64,000 nucleotides of DNA, taken from Cystobasidiomycetes sp. EMM_F5. Taxonomy: Eukaryota. Under the pieces are notes generated by a model. The model ran no database searches and had not been told where the DNA came from. It worked only from the letters and a program-made list of their open reading frames with translations. The stretch's first letter is position 1. Each line of letters begins with the position of its first letter. Location: NCBI GenBank assembly GCA_051047955.1, contig JBPGPT010000020.1:62001-126000 (forward strand), written 5' to 3'. Made by a program: the position numbers and the translations under genes. Below are positions 38,644-51,883 of this stretch, in pieces.

Positions 38644-41600
38644 CTACAGTCTGGCTGCTGTCTTCTTCGGATCCTTACCCGTCTCTGCTGTTTCGTGAAT
38701 ACTTGCCGGCTTGCTGCCGGGCCTTGTCCGTGGAATGCCTCGTAACGGCTCGAGGGCCAGCTTGACTCCTTGCAGCGGCTTTGTCTTCGGATGCCAGTTT
38801 TCGAAGTCATCGCGCAGCTGATTTTCGACGGCTAAGCTAGAGTCTACTGAGAATGCATGGAAACTCACCTTTGATATGTCATCCTCGAAGAGCGACCTGA
38901 TCTGAGGATCTTCCAAAACACCGCGGAGTGCCCACGGCAGAAAGTACGGATTCGTCGGCACTCGTGGATCGAAAGGCTCCACCTCGAATAACGGAGGAAC
39001 ATCTTGAGAGGCGTGCGATGGGGAACTCGCTGCCTGCACCACCCCGGTTGTCTCCAACAAATAGCGTGCTGCGTAATAATAGACTTGAGGTTCATCGTAG
39101 ACGGTCGAGTGTCCCACGCCCATCAGCGAACCGGCAAGTGCTTCGGACAGGTGGAAGTCCAGACCGTGTGGGCTGATGCCTGCATTCCGTAGCCGTGTTG
39201 TAAAGACGACCAGGTTGGTCATGAAATCCGCGCTCGTTTCGAAAGCTTGAGAGTCGATGAAGATCGTCCGAAGGAGCGAAGGGTGTGACAGGGAGGAGAA
39301 CAAGGAAGAATAAAGCGGAACGACTTGGTCATTCAGAGAAGCTACCAGGAGGACCTTGACGCCGGCGTTTAGGACATGTTCCATACTACATTGCAGTGGT
39401 CAGCTCGTTCTTAGCTAATCTCTTTGCACGCACCATTCTATGTAGGTTTTCGCTGCAGTGCTGTCGGGATTCTGGAATTCGAACAGTTCCTTTGCCGCGC
39501 CAGTCTCAAAGTACAAGTATGCCCCGGTGTAGATATTGTTAAGCGACACGAACGGGCCTTGGCTGATGGAGCACATGCTCAGCAGCATGCACTTTGTGCC
39601 ATTGATCTCGCCTTCGTTGATGAGCCGACTGAGGAGCATTGTACTGACAATCGAGCCTTGGCTGTGCGCGACTACAAATATCCGGTCGGCGGTGTTGAGA
39701 GCCTCAATCCAATCCTGCCGCCTCATGAGGCTGTTGTACAACCTAGTAGTTGGAGGTCAGTAATGGCTCAAGGTTGCGCAATTTCAAAAGCAGCTTACAT
39801 TGCCAAGCGATCATTGACAGTCCCATCGCCTTCGAGCGCGATTGTCGTTATAGCTTCTTCATTCAAGGCATGGCCAGCGTCCGAGAAGTACTTCTTGACA
39901 GCAGCTTTCATCATTGACGCAAACTTGGTGGAAGTACCGGTCGGTTCCCCGACTACGGACTCTATTGCAAATCGTCAGTTAGCTCAGGACCAACGATGTC
40001 GCATTGTCAGACCCACTCAGATAGCTTTGAATAAACCAGCCGTGTACTCCGATAATGCATATTCGGCCACACCGACAGAGATTAGGGGATTCACCAAGAA
40101 CCGTAAACGATTTGGGCAGCCGGGCTGATTTCTCGCTAATTTTCATGCGAGCTGCACTGGAAGTGGTGGCCGGCCCAGGTTGTGTCGGCAATGCATCAGG
40201 CTTACTATTGCCGCCAGACAGAATGAAACGCAGAGGAGCCGTCACAGCGCGCTTCAATGACGGAGCTGGCTGTTTTACCGGCGTGGACTTTACACTCCTT
40301 GGTGGAGGTTCGCTTCTCGGGAGAGTATTGAAGGTATCTTCAAACGACGGAAGAACCAGGTTCGGACGTGATGGCTTTGTTGGAGCAGCTGAAGGAGGTA
40401 TTGAGGGTGCAATAGAATTTGCAGGTGATAAAGGTTGCGAAGCCGCAATTCCTCGACCGGGCTTGACTTTGGCTGACAGCGCAGCGGAAGCATTGGTTGG
40501 GACAGGGGGAACGAGTTGGGCGGTAGCGGAAGCGGATGACTTTGTCGGTGACATGGTGTGTGAAGCAATCTGTGGGGATGGAGGAAAGGCTATCGCTGAT
40601 CTGAAGGAGCTTGGCGCAAGTCCACTAACGCTACTGGCTCGACTTTGCGATTTGGAAACCTTGACGCTGGACGCTCGGCCAGAATCAGGCTTGCTGGCTT
40701 TGACAGCAGTATGCGGTCCAGCTGTTCGCGATTTAGTCTCACCAGCTTCGCCAGCTTGACTGAAATCGATATCCATCTCTTCAGGAACAGCGTCAGAGTG
40801 GGCATTGACATCGACTCGCTTCTGCGGCATGGCATATCTATTAGCAAAGAAGCCTGACCATGTCGACGCCGGAATAGATTCAAATAGAGGGTTACGACTC
40901 TGCATCAAATTCGGCGACACACGCATCGCACTAGGCCGAGGCGTTACTGGAGGTGGATCTGGGAAGCTTTCGTCAGCCTCTGGAGCAGAAGCTGACGCTA
41001 TCGATGATGCGACTGTCCCGGCGATGGATGGCTGTGGGGAATCTGCAATACCTAGCCCGTATGTTACAGTCGTTGTTGCAGCGGGTGGCCCAGCAACGTA
41101 GCTGGCAAGCCACGATGACCATGTATGAGGTGCAGCGTCAGCAGGTGCAGACTGCTCTTCTGTCTTCGATACGACCGGTGCGGCGACGGTATCAGCACTG
41201 CTAGAGGTGTGTGCGGGGGTCATTGCTGCACTGGCTGCAGAAGGGTGTTCAACTCGAGCAGCTGCTACTTGTTCTACCTCTGTCTTTTGCAAGGGTGCTG
41301 CCCCAGCATGATCATCCGTGTTCATTGCTTGTGTATGCACAGCAGGCACCCCCCTTCCGGACCAAGACCACCACCACGAACCGTCCTGCTGCATTTTTCC
41401 CGAGGCATTATCACTCAAGATGACAGGCTGAGATGTGGGTGTTTCATCTTTCTTGGCGTTCGATGCTTCATCTTCACCCAGGACTACTATTGGAGCTGGC
41501 TTCTTGGAGTCGGCATCGTCCGAATCGTGCCCTTCAGGAGACGCAGCGCTGTCGTATGGTGTCGCCTGGCCATTCGCGAACTTTCGAAGATTGAGGTACG

Positions 41601-42708
41601 ACTTGCGTTTCTTTGACGACATGCCAACGGGGCTGACGCTACGTTCGGGAATATCTGGATTCTCTACTTTCGCTGTCAAGAGATCTGCAGAACGCGATGC
41701 TTCTTCTGACGTGGTAGCGATGGGCAGCGAGGGTGATGGTGTACTTGATGTACTCGAAGAGATCATGACTGCCGGTTCTTCCGATAGAGATGCTATGTCG
41801 CGCAATGTTCTAGATCTGCCAAAGTATGTCGTCCATCGGGTTCCGGTGTCTGAGACTGAACGCTTCGACAGTTCTGAGCTGGAGGTTGTAGGCGGCGCGT
41901 CTGTGACACTGACAGGCGCTGGAGACTCGGCGAAGGGCGTAGACGATGTAGGTTCTGGTATGGCGAGTTGCAAAGACGCAGATTCCGCATCGTTCAGAGT
42001 GTGCGACGACTTCTTTCGTCTCGCTGTCCTGCTTTCGCTCGACTCTGCCTCGAGCCGTGCTTCAGCAACCCGCTTCATCGCGTTAGCTGGCAGTGGTGGC
42101 GGCAATTCTACTGAAGGATGGTCTATCCGGTCATGCGATAGAGGCACCGCTTCACTGCTCGAGGAGGCAGTCCGCAAGTCTGGTATTGAGCCTTCAATAG
42201 GCGCCAACTGGGGGACCGACAGAGTACTTTTCTTTGGCGTCCGACCTAATGAGCCACTAAACACGCTGCTGGAGGAGATGGATCGTTTCGGTGTTGCGAT
42301 AGAAGCTCCGTAGGATGGTCTTTCAGGATTCGAAGGCCTAGACGGTGTCGCGTAGAGTGCCGTGGTACTCTTTCGCAGCGGGCTGCCTGGCGTACTTGTG
42401 CTTCCGTTCTGGACACCGTATGACGACGTGATTGTCGCTGTTGACGGGCTTCGCTTTCGAGCTGCACCCTCAGCAGCCTCAGCGGGTCCACTGCTGCTGG
42501 CTGTGCGTATGCTTCCACTGCTCAGATGCCTGTGCAGCGTACGCCGGCTGGCAGTCTTGTCGCTCAAGCCAGTCTGGACCGGTAAGGCGTCCACTGTAAT
42601 GACCGACAGGCTGTGGGTCGACTGCGACGACGACAGCGTCTTGCCAGGGTGTGGTCGCCGTGGAGCTTCAGGCGAGAGCGCGCTGCTCCCGGCGCGACTG
42701 CTGGTCAT
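38644..42708 (-). CDS. YML020W-like protein: long disordered N-terminus plus a C-terminal alpha/beta-hydrolase-like domain
   Basis: RPNLVLPSFEDTF, ICIIGVHGWF, VVGEPTGTSTKF, IALEGDGTV, AHSQGS nucleophile elbow, LNDQVVPLYSS, GHSTVY, NPYFLPWALRG. The start codon is uncertain. Confidence 0.8.
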
Positions 42709-42862
42709 GCCATGGGTTGGTGGTCGAGTAGCTTGTGAGCGAGAATGAACGTGAAACTGTCGCATATTACATCCATTGCGAAGAATCACTTAAAGTACAT
42801 GGCATGCTGTGAGCTTGTTACATGCGGAATGGTTACACTTGAAAAGCAGGTTATGCTCCTTT

Positions 42863-44953
42863 CTACCGGTCGACTTCACCAAATACCAGCTGTGGACGAG
42901 CAAACACGCGTTAGCCGAGGTTGCAAAGTGAGTCAGCGCAATCGCAATACGTACATCCATAGTTCCGCTGTCGTAAGGAAGGTACAATTCATCAGACTTC
43001 GTTACATTGCAATCCTGCCACACCACGCATTCACTCACATGATGGCCACAGCATCCGGCAAGTAAGTTCCTCTACGAAATGGCGAGGCAACATTAGCAAC
43101 CCTCCCTAAACACTGCCATGTTCCGTCTACCGACCTCGTCATGAAATCGCATCCCGCCAGATGTGCAAAGCCCGGAGCCCGAATCTTGCATCTGTATGGC
43201 CGGTTTGTGCCGTCCGACACGATGTACACTCCCATTTCTCCCTGAACAAGTGAGAGAGTCAGAAGAGCTGGGTAGACGAGACGCTACAGTATTTACCTTG
43301 GGCGCCTCAATGGCAGAGTAGACCTCGCCGGGTGGTACAGTGAAGCCAGAAGAATGTAGGATGAAATGGGAGACTGAAAGTGAAGAAGTCAGCATCATCG
43401 TAAGGGAGGGCTGCACTCTGCATTCTAGACACGTACTCAGACTCTCCACTGTAGCATAGTCGAGCATCAGCTACAACTCTGTGAATCCGTTGCGTGCGAG
43501 GAGACTCACTCGACTCCTTCATGCTGGCCCGAGGTGGCGGCGTGATCTTGTGATCGTCAATCTTGTAATTGCCGCCGGGCATCTTGTTCAAGCATTGTGA
43601 GATGATGCGTAATGACTGTCTAAACTCTTCGATTCTGCACAAGTAACGATCATAGCAGTCTCCATTCTTCCCGACGGGGACATCAAATTCGACTTGGTCA
43701 TACGCGTCATAAGGTTGTGTCTTGCGGATATCGTACGGGATACCGGAACCACGTAGCATGACGCCGCTGAAGCTGTAGTCCAGAGCCTGTTCGGCGGTGA
43801 CGTTTCCAACGCCGACAGTGCGCTGCTTCCAGATACGATTCTCCGTCAATAGCTCCTCGAATTCATCTACACGTTGTGAAAAGGCGGTTGACCACTTGAA
43901 GATGTCATCGAGGAGACCGTGAGGCAGATCGAAAGCGACACCACCGGGTCGGACGTAGGCAGCGTGCATACGGGCTCCAGATACTCGTTCATAGAATTCC
44001 ATGAGCTTCTCTCGCTCCTCGAATCCGTACAAGAAGGGTGTAAGAGCACCAACGTCCATTGCGTGTGTGAGAACAGCCATGAGGTGGTTTAGGATACGGG
44101 TAATTTCGCCAAAGAGGACGCGGATCCACTTGGCACGTTCGGGGACTTCGATGTTGAGAAGCTTCTCCACGCCGAGCGAGTAGCACAGCTCGTTTGTCAT
44201 CATCGATACGTAGTCTGCCGTGCGGAACGTGAGCGGGAAGCATCACCAATATATACTATAAAACCTACCAAGTCTGTCGAAATAAGGAAGTGCTTGTTGG
44301 TAGTTTTTGAATTCAATGAGCTTCTCGGTACCACGATGTAGCAGACCGATGTGGGGATCAGCTCGCACTGTGACGACAATCCGTCAGAGATGGTCGGATT
44401 GCCACCCGAGCTGGGACTGATAGTACATACAGATTTCCTCTCCGTTCAGCTCGAGGATCAATCGGAGTACACCGTGTGCTGCGGGATGCTGCGGTCTGCG
44501 TAGAGGACATGCTTAGTTGCCGAATGACAGCTCATGGCTCGAGAGCTTGCTGGCATACCCAAAGTTGACTGTGAAGCGGAGCAGCATTCAACCATCAGAA
44601 TGAGAAGCCCAGCTTGTAGCACACGAAACCTACCAGTAAAGTGTCTCATCTGGCCCTTCTTGTCTGCAGAGTGCATCGTCTCAGCTACATGCTGCCGTTT
44701 CTCTCACGACTTTGAATCCCAAGTCGCTAGCCCTACCAGCGAGAACTTCGTGGGGAGACTGGTTGTGCAAGTCCTCCACAGCGACGTGTCCGCTCGGCTT
44801 GGTTGGCAGATTTCGAAACTCGTCCACCTGGACTGCCAGACCTCTCCGATGCACGGCGCTGGCTCCGCATCGCAAGCTCGAAGTCCGCAGAGCTGCCGTC
44901 GAGGTCGAAGCTATCGGACGCAGCGACTGGGTGAGGTGTCGCAGTGCAGTCAT
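42863..44953 (-). CDS. NDUFS2: NADH:ubiquinone oxidoreductase 49 kDa subunit (complex I)
   Basis: Mitochondrial presequence, [63 protein letters not shown]-terminal LVFGEVDR*. Confidence 0.97.
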
Positions 44954-45319
44954 GGCTTGGGTATCCTGCTTGAATGGCAGGCTCGCAGTTGCTCTACTTC
45001 AGACAGCGTCAAAGGCCAATCGGCTGCTCGACGATTGAATGCGCCACCGCAGAGGTATGTTTCAGTCTATTGCAATCAGCCAAAAGCACCGATTCTGTAG
45101 CATTATGTCCCAATTATGAGCACGAGCATGTCTCCTGTAGCGTTATCTGAACTGCCGTGATAACCCTGCAAGTTACATTCTGTTTGACTGTCTCCCTGGA
45201 CTCTTGGAGCTCGGCAATTTGGGTACAATATCCCCAAATCATTACCCCCTTCTACCTTGTCATTAGCCGTCTCATTCCTACACGTCGTTTGGAACCTCCG
45301 TTAATCTCCAACACGCATC

Positions 45320-47212
45320 ATGGCAAACGAGCATACCCCTCTTCTCACAAGCCAGAATGGCGGAAATGAACAATCAATACCCAAACAGCCAACGCCAATG
45401 CCATGGAAGTCCGTACTCAGTCTGATGTTTTGTCGCCTAGTCGAGCCTATTGGTGCGATCCCTTTGCTGATCCTGCAGAAAAGAACGTCTAACTTTGGCC
45501 GCTTTGCAGCGTTCAGTGGCGCTTTTCCATTCATTCCTCAAATGGTTGCCGATACTGGTGTGGCTCCGTCGGACGTGGGATACAAAGCTGGTATTGTGGA
45601 GAGGTAATTCTACGCTTGAACCAGGTTTGATCTGCATATATTCATGTTTTCACTTCCGCAACAGCGTCTTTGCAATCTGCCAATTCGCTACAAGTAAGTG
45701 CTAGCTTGCCCGTCTATAGAATTCCCTATACTGACCATACTCCTGCCAGTCTTGCAATGGGGCCGCTTATCAGACAAAATTGGACGAAAGCCTGTCATCG
45801 TAAGCGAGATGCAACATTTCCATTGGTTGTAAGCTTAGGCTAGCGTCACAGCTCACCGGACTGTGTGGAGTCGCGCTTGCGATCATACTGTTCGGCTTCA
45901 GCCGTTCATTTGCAATGATGGTCATTACACGATCACTGTTAGTGCTGTCATATGGCTCAACTCAGCCTTCATGCTGAAATTGGTACAGGGCTGGAGTACT
46001 TAATGGCAACGTCGGGTTGGTGTAACTTGCAGACTCTGACACGTGCGGACTGATCAGTGCATCAAACAGCGTGCTCAAGTCAAGTCTCGGCGAATTGACG
46101 GATGCGAGCAACGAAGCTGTTGCTTTCTCGCTCCTGCCACCTGCGTGGACGATTGGATCAGCATTCGGGCCATTGCTGGGCGGTTATCTGTCCCGACCAG
46201 CTGAAAGATACCCGGACATCTTTGGCAATTTCGAGCTGTTCAAGAAGTACAAGTATGCATTGCCGTGTCTCGTTGCATCCTTGTTCCCTGTCGGAGGCGT
46301 GATCACTGCCTTCTTCCTGTTGGATGAGGTAGGAAATGAAGTAACGAGAGTATTGCTATCCAGCTGACAAAGTCTCCAGAGTCTGCCAAAGCGGAGTCAT
46401 ACACAGGTCGAGAATGGCGATGACGATGATGCGAAAACAAAGCGTCCGCCGACTCCATCCATCAGGCAGATCCTCACTGCAAGAGTACGTGTGACTCTGC
46501 TCAACTATTGCCTTCTAGCCTTTACGAGCGCTGCTGCGCTTCCCATCGTGCCTCTTTGGCTTTTTACGCCAGTAACGTTGGGAGGTTTAGGTTTCAATGA
46601 AGCTCAAGTGAGTAGGGTGACTGTGCGTGAAGGACCCCTTATTGATTGGCATTATGACAGATTGGTAAAGTTCTCTCTGTACAAGCCATTACTTCTGCCG
46701 TCATCTCCTTGACGATGTTTGCACCGATTCAAAAGCGTATCGGTACTATCGGATGCTTTCGTGTCTTTGCCGTATGCTACGTGTTGGCCGCAGCAATGTT
46801 CCCACTCGTCTCATACATCGCTAGAGCTGAGTCTCACACAGCCTGCAGTCCTGAGACTTCTTCGCACACCTGGGCGGCATTGGCATGTTTGATGCTGCTT
46901 CTATCGCTCGGCAATCTCTGCTATAGCTGTAATATGCTCCTCATCAACGCCTCTGCTCCCTCTCCACATGCTCTTGGTGCGCTCAACGGCATTTGCCAGA
47001 TGTGCTCGGCGGCGGTCAGAGCTGCCGCCCTCTTTACGGCACCCAACTTTTTCGCCTACTCAATCAATCATAAATTACTGGGAGGAAACGCTGTGTGGCT
47101 GTGGCTGGGCTGCTGCGGACTCGGTCTATGCGGGACAAGTTGGCTGGTGACGGATAGTAGGGCTTCTTGGCGAGACGAGTTCATAGCGATCCCGCAGGAA
47201 GAAGAAGAATGA
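45320..47212 (+). CDS. MFS transporter (DHA1/ZIFL/YCR023C-like), copy 1
   Basis: EHTPLL sorting-type signal, PTPMPW, WGRLSDKIGRKPV (MFS motif A), GVLNGNV, IGSAFGPLLGG, LGALNGICQ. Confidence 0.88.
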
Positions 47213-47505
47213 GCGGAGGTTACTGTTATGTTCAAGCAGTCAGCTAGTCACTCAGTCGATGTAGTACTTCATAGAGCGTGTATTCAAATGATAGATGCGG
47301 TCAAGCTGAATATTTGGAAGTGCAAAAGTCCCCCTTCTTACAATTGCTGTCTCCGTAACGTCCAAGCCTGGCGAACAATAAAGCTTTGAGCGATAGTGAT
47401 CCCGGAATGCCACGACCCTACACACAGTGCTAAACTTCCATCTTGTCGTCTAACGCGAAAACACCTTTCTTGAATGGCTCACCCCTCCGTTTATCGCCCT
47501 CTCAT

Positions 47506-49430
47506 ATGGCTGCTCCCGCGACTGAGCAGACACGTCTCCTGAATGCTGACGATGACAGTAGGAATAAAGAACCCACACCACTTCCATGGAGATCCGTTTC
47601 AAGCCTGCTGGCCTGCCGGCTCGTTGAACCCATTGGTCCGTCACGTCCCTTGCTCGGAAACGCCTGGTGCATGCTCATCACTTCGACCGACAGCATTCTC
47701 GTCTATACTGCCATTCGTCAATCAGATGGTTGCTGATACCGGAGTAGCACCCGCTGATGTCGGCTATCGGGTTGGCTTTATCGAGGGTAGCTTCATACTG
47801 GCGTCATTCTGCACAGGTGAGCTGTTCCCCGCCGCTACCACATGCACAAGGCTGACGCACAATCATAGTCCTGCAGTGGGGTCGACTGTCAGATCGCATC
47901 GGGCGCAAGCCATGCATTGTGCGTTGAGCACCAGATGTTTGGGCAGACGGATGACAGCTGACGTACAAGCTGGTGTCAGGTTTTCGGCCTGTCTGGAATA
48001 GCACTCTGCGTGGTTGGCTTCGGATTTTGTCGCACCGTCCTGGCGATGGTAATCATTCGCACATTGTGGGCAATTTTGCTGTATAAGCCCGTGAATATAT
48101 ACTCAGACTCACACTCCGCCGTATTAAGAGCTGGCGTATTCAATGGCAATAACGTGTATGCTTCCACAACATCATTTGCTGATCAAGCAAGTTTGGAGTA
48201 ATTCGTTTTTGACGTCCCATTGCTACCCTCCTTAGCGTCATACGTTCTAGTCTAGCGGAACTCACAGATCCTACGAACGAAGCCAGAGCATTTTCGTACC
48301 TATCGTCTGCCTATACGTGCGGTGCAGCAATCGGACCGCTCATTGGGGCAGTAAATTACGAATTTTTGGGCGATGGGCCTCTATTCCAAAATCACAAGTT
48401 TGCTTTACCATGCATCGTAGCAGCGGTATTTCCTATCATTGGCGTTCTGGTCGCAGCACCAAATCTCAAAGAGGTAACGCATAACACGCTTCGTCGCGAC
48501 ACTGCGTTCTTACTGCGTCAGCTTAGACTCTACCGTCAAGATCACATTCTGCAGACGAGACGTCAAGCGAGCACATCCCTCGGACCAAAACATCGCAGCC
48601 TGTCGCCTTGAAAGACATCATGACCCGCCGCGTTCTCATTACAATCCTCACTTTTACCTGTCTGACACTCACAAGTCCCGTTCTCTACGACGTGATGCCG
48701 CTCTTTCTATACACGCCTTCGCATCTGGGAGGGATGGGGTTCACTAGATCACAGGTGAGTGAGGACTATGACTGCGTGCGGGACGGACACGATGATGGAG
48801 CTCCCTGATCTTAGATTGGCAAGGCTCTGTTTGCTCAGGCTACCTGTACTGCATCCGCATCCCTCCTTCTCTTTCCTCCACTGCAGAAACGCTTCGGTAG
48901 TGCGGGCGTATTCCGCCTCACAGCATTTTGCTACGTTCTAGCAAGTGGTCTCTTTCCGCTTGCGAATTGGATAGCGAGGGTGCATCAGGCCGACCATACG
49001 AGCACTTCGTTATTACCCTGGGCAGCTTTATTTCTGGTAATTGCCGCTCTGGCATTGGGAAATGTGGTTCGTCAACGAGACTGCGGACCTTCGGTCATAT
49101 GTTGATAACGCTGAAAGTGTCTCCAAATAGAGCTACAGCTCCAACATGCTGCTGCTTAATGCTGCCGCTCCATCGCAGAGGTCGCTCGGTACAGTCAATT
49201 CTATCGGGCAAATGGCGAGCGCGTTGACGAGGACCCTGGCACTATTCCTCTCGCCCCCATTATTTGCGGCTAGTATCAACAAGCATCTGCTAGGAGGTAT
49301 GGCATACTGGATCGTAGGTCTGCTTTGCGCAGGCTGTTTGTGCATGACGAGCTGGCCCGTCTCGGACGCGCCTGCTGCATGGCGTCAGGAAGCCCAAGAA
49401 GCCACGGACGAAGCCTCCTCAGACAGATGA
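47506..49430 (+). CDS. MFS transporter (DHA1/ZIFL/YCR023C-like), tandem copy 2
   Basis: EQTRLL, PTPLPW, WGRLSDRIGRKP, GVFNGN, LGTVNSIGQ. Intron positions largely match copy 1. Confidence 0.85.
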
Positions 49431-49622
49431 GGTGTCGAATTGTTGTCATTAGTCTGCTTGAACAATTGCATGCCCCACCTTGCCATTTCTGGCTGCCGTT
49501 CTCGCGTTTTCTTGTGCCTGGCTTGCAAGTCCTACGTGTCAGTCTCGGGTCTGCCTTATTATTTTCCAGTCAACTTCTGTGCATTCTTCAATAGTCACAC
49601 TCACTGGCAACAACTGCACACC

Positions 49623-51883
49623 ATGGCCTCCAACCGCAAACTCATCGTAGCTTCCATGGCTGCAGCCGCCCTGGCAGGCGTCGCGGCTGAAATCCCAGTG
49701 TTCGAGGTCAGCGGCTGGAAATGCAAAGACTGCGAGGAGCCATGAATGCAATACTGACAAGCTATCGTGGACCCGTCATACAGCCGATATCGTCAAAGCA
49801 CAGCTCGGCGTTTATCGAACAATTCACGGACGATTGGGCTGAGCGATGGTCGCCGTCTCAGAGCACGAAAACCGACAGAAATCAAGAAGTTTTCAGCTAC
49901 GGTGAGTTTAGATGAGCTGAGCGACGGTCCTTGGACTACAAATTGTACGATTAACGGGGATTGACGCGTGGGTTTGAGCGCAGTCGGCAAGTGGGAGGTG
50001 CAGGAACCTACCGTCTACCCGTAAGTACCAGGCTCCGACACAGCCTTATCGAATGAACTGATATCTTTTGAAGAGGTATAAAAGGCGACAAGGGTCTGGT
50101 CGCGACCTCCGCTGCTGCACACCACGCCATCTCGAGCTTGTTCGATAAGCCTTTCGACCCGAAAGCGAAAGGCTTGGTCGTGCAGTACGAAGTCAAGCTC
50201 CAGAACGGGCTGGAGTGCGGCGGTGCCTACATGAAGCTACTCACCGAGTCGCCCGAAGGCATTCAAGCGCAAGAACTATCTGACAAGACGCCTTATACAA
50301 TCATGTTCGGGCCAGATAGATGTGGTATGTCTCAAATGTCGTTGTCTAGAGCCTTCCCTTACGTCGTCTCTTTTCGGATCAAAAGGCGCAACTAACAAGG
50401 TTCACTTCATCTTCCGCCACAAGAACCCACGAACGGGCGAATACGAGGAGAAGCACCTTCAGGGTCCTCCTATTCCAAAGAACGAGAAGGTCTCTGTTCT
50501 CTACACACTGGTCATCAAACCAGACAACACCTATGACATCAAGATTGACAATGAATCGAAGAAGACTGGTTCTCTTCTCGAAGATTTCGAGCCTGCCGTC
50601 AACCCACCCGCCGAGATTGATGATCCCAATGACACCAAGCCAGCTGATTGGATAGACGAGGCCCAAATCACCGACCCACATGCCACCAAGCCAAGCGACT
50701 GGGATGAGGATGCAGTGTGTTTCGAGCGCACCCCACTCTTGATTGCCATGTGAGTTGACGCTTCTTCTTTTGCAGCCATACGAGATCGAGGATCTAGATG
50801 CGACCATGCCTGAGGGATGGCTCGAGAATGAGGAGGCCAATATCCCAGACCCGGATGCAGAGAAGCCAGAGGAATGGTCCGATGAGGATGATGGCGACTG
50901 GATTGCTCCGTCCATTCCCAACCCAAAATGCGAGAACGCACCAGGCTGTGGGCCTTGGGTCAGACCAAAGAAGTCCAATCCCGCATACAAGGGCAAATGG
51001 TGAGGCTGCCCCCTTTTGTGGAATGGTCAGAACTGAAAATTTCCCGAAACAGGTTTGCACCTCAAATTGACAATCCTGCTTACAAGGGCGTCTGGGCTCC
51101 TCGCAAGATTGATAACCCAGATTACTTCGAGGACAAGAACCCCTATACGCTGAACCCTATCGCCGGTGTTGCCTTTGAGTGGTGGACAATGCAAGACGGA
51201 ATTCTCGTCGACAACGTGAGCACAATTGTCGATCTTGGATTCCGTTCTTCTACTGACGTGCAATTGCGTAGATTTACATTGGAAATTCCGAAAAGGATGC
51301 TCGTGACTTTGCCGCTGCCACCTTCGATGTAAAGAAGCCTCTTGAGCAAGCAGTCGAGGCCAAGGAGAAGCCCGCAGCCGATACCAGCAGCTCCAGTTCA
51401 GTTGTTCCATCCGGTGACTTTAGCGTTCCTGCTTTCCTCGCAGACCCCGTCAACTACTCCCGTACCAAGGTCGTGCAATTCGTTCAAGATGCTGCCAAGG
51501 ATCCTCTAGGTGCATTCAAGGCGACCCCTCAGACCGGCGCCGTTGTCGGTGGCCTGGCAGCTACCTTGATCGGCATGCTCGGACTTCTTCTCGGACTGCT
51601 CGCTCCCAAACCTGCCGTTGTCCAACAAAAGGCCAAGAAGGCATCTGCTGCCGTTCAGCAAAAGGCTGGCGAAGTTAAGGATGCAGCTTCCGCAAAAGCT
51701 TCCCAAGCACAAGATGCAGCATCCGCCAAGACTGCTGAGTTGCAGAACGCGGCTTCTGCTAAAGCTACCAAAGCAAACAACGCGGCGGCTTCAACTGCTG
51801 CAGATGTTGGGCAGGCGATCGAGTCCACTGGAGCAGATATCAAGAAGCGCGCCAATGCCACCAAGATGTACCCGGTCGAGTAA
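49623..51883 (+). CDS. CNE1: Calnexin
   Basis: Signal peptide, [32 protein letters not shown]-domain repeats [26 protein letters not shown], one TM helix, Ala/Lys-rich cytosolic tail. Confidence 0.95.

Noticed and set aside
40055..42748. Long antisense ORFs opposite Ser/Pro/Ala-rich exons (also opposite the Set3-like gene, BRR2 and TOF1)
   Set aside because: Expected shadows of codon bias in low-complexity coding DNA; they contain no motifs.
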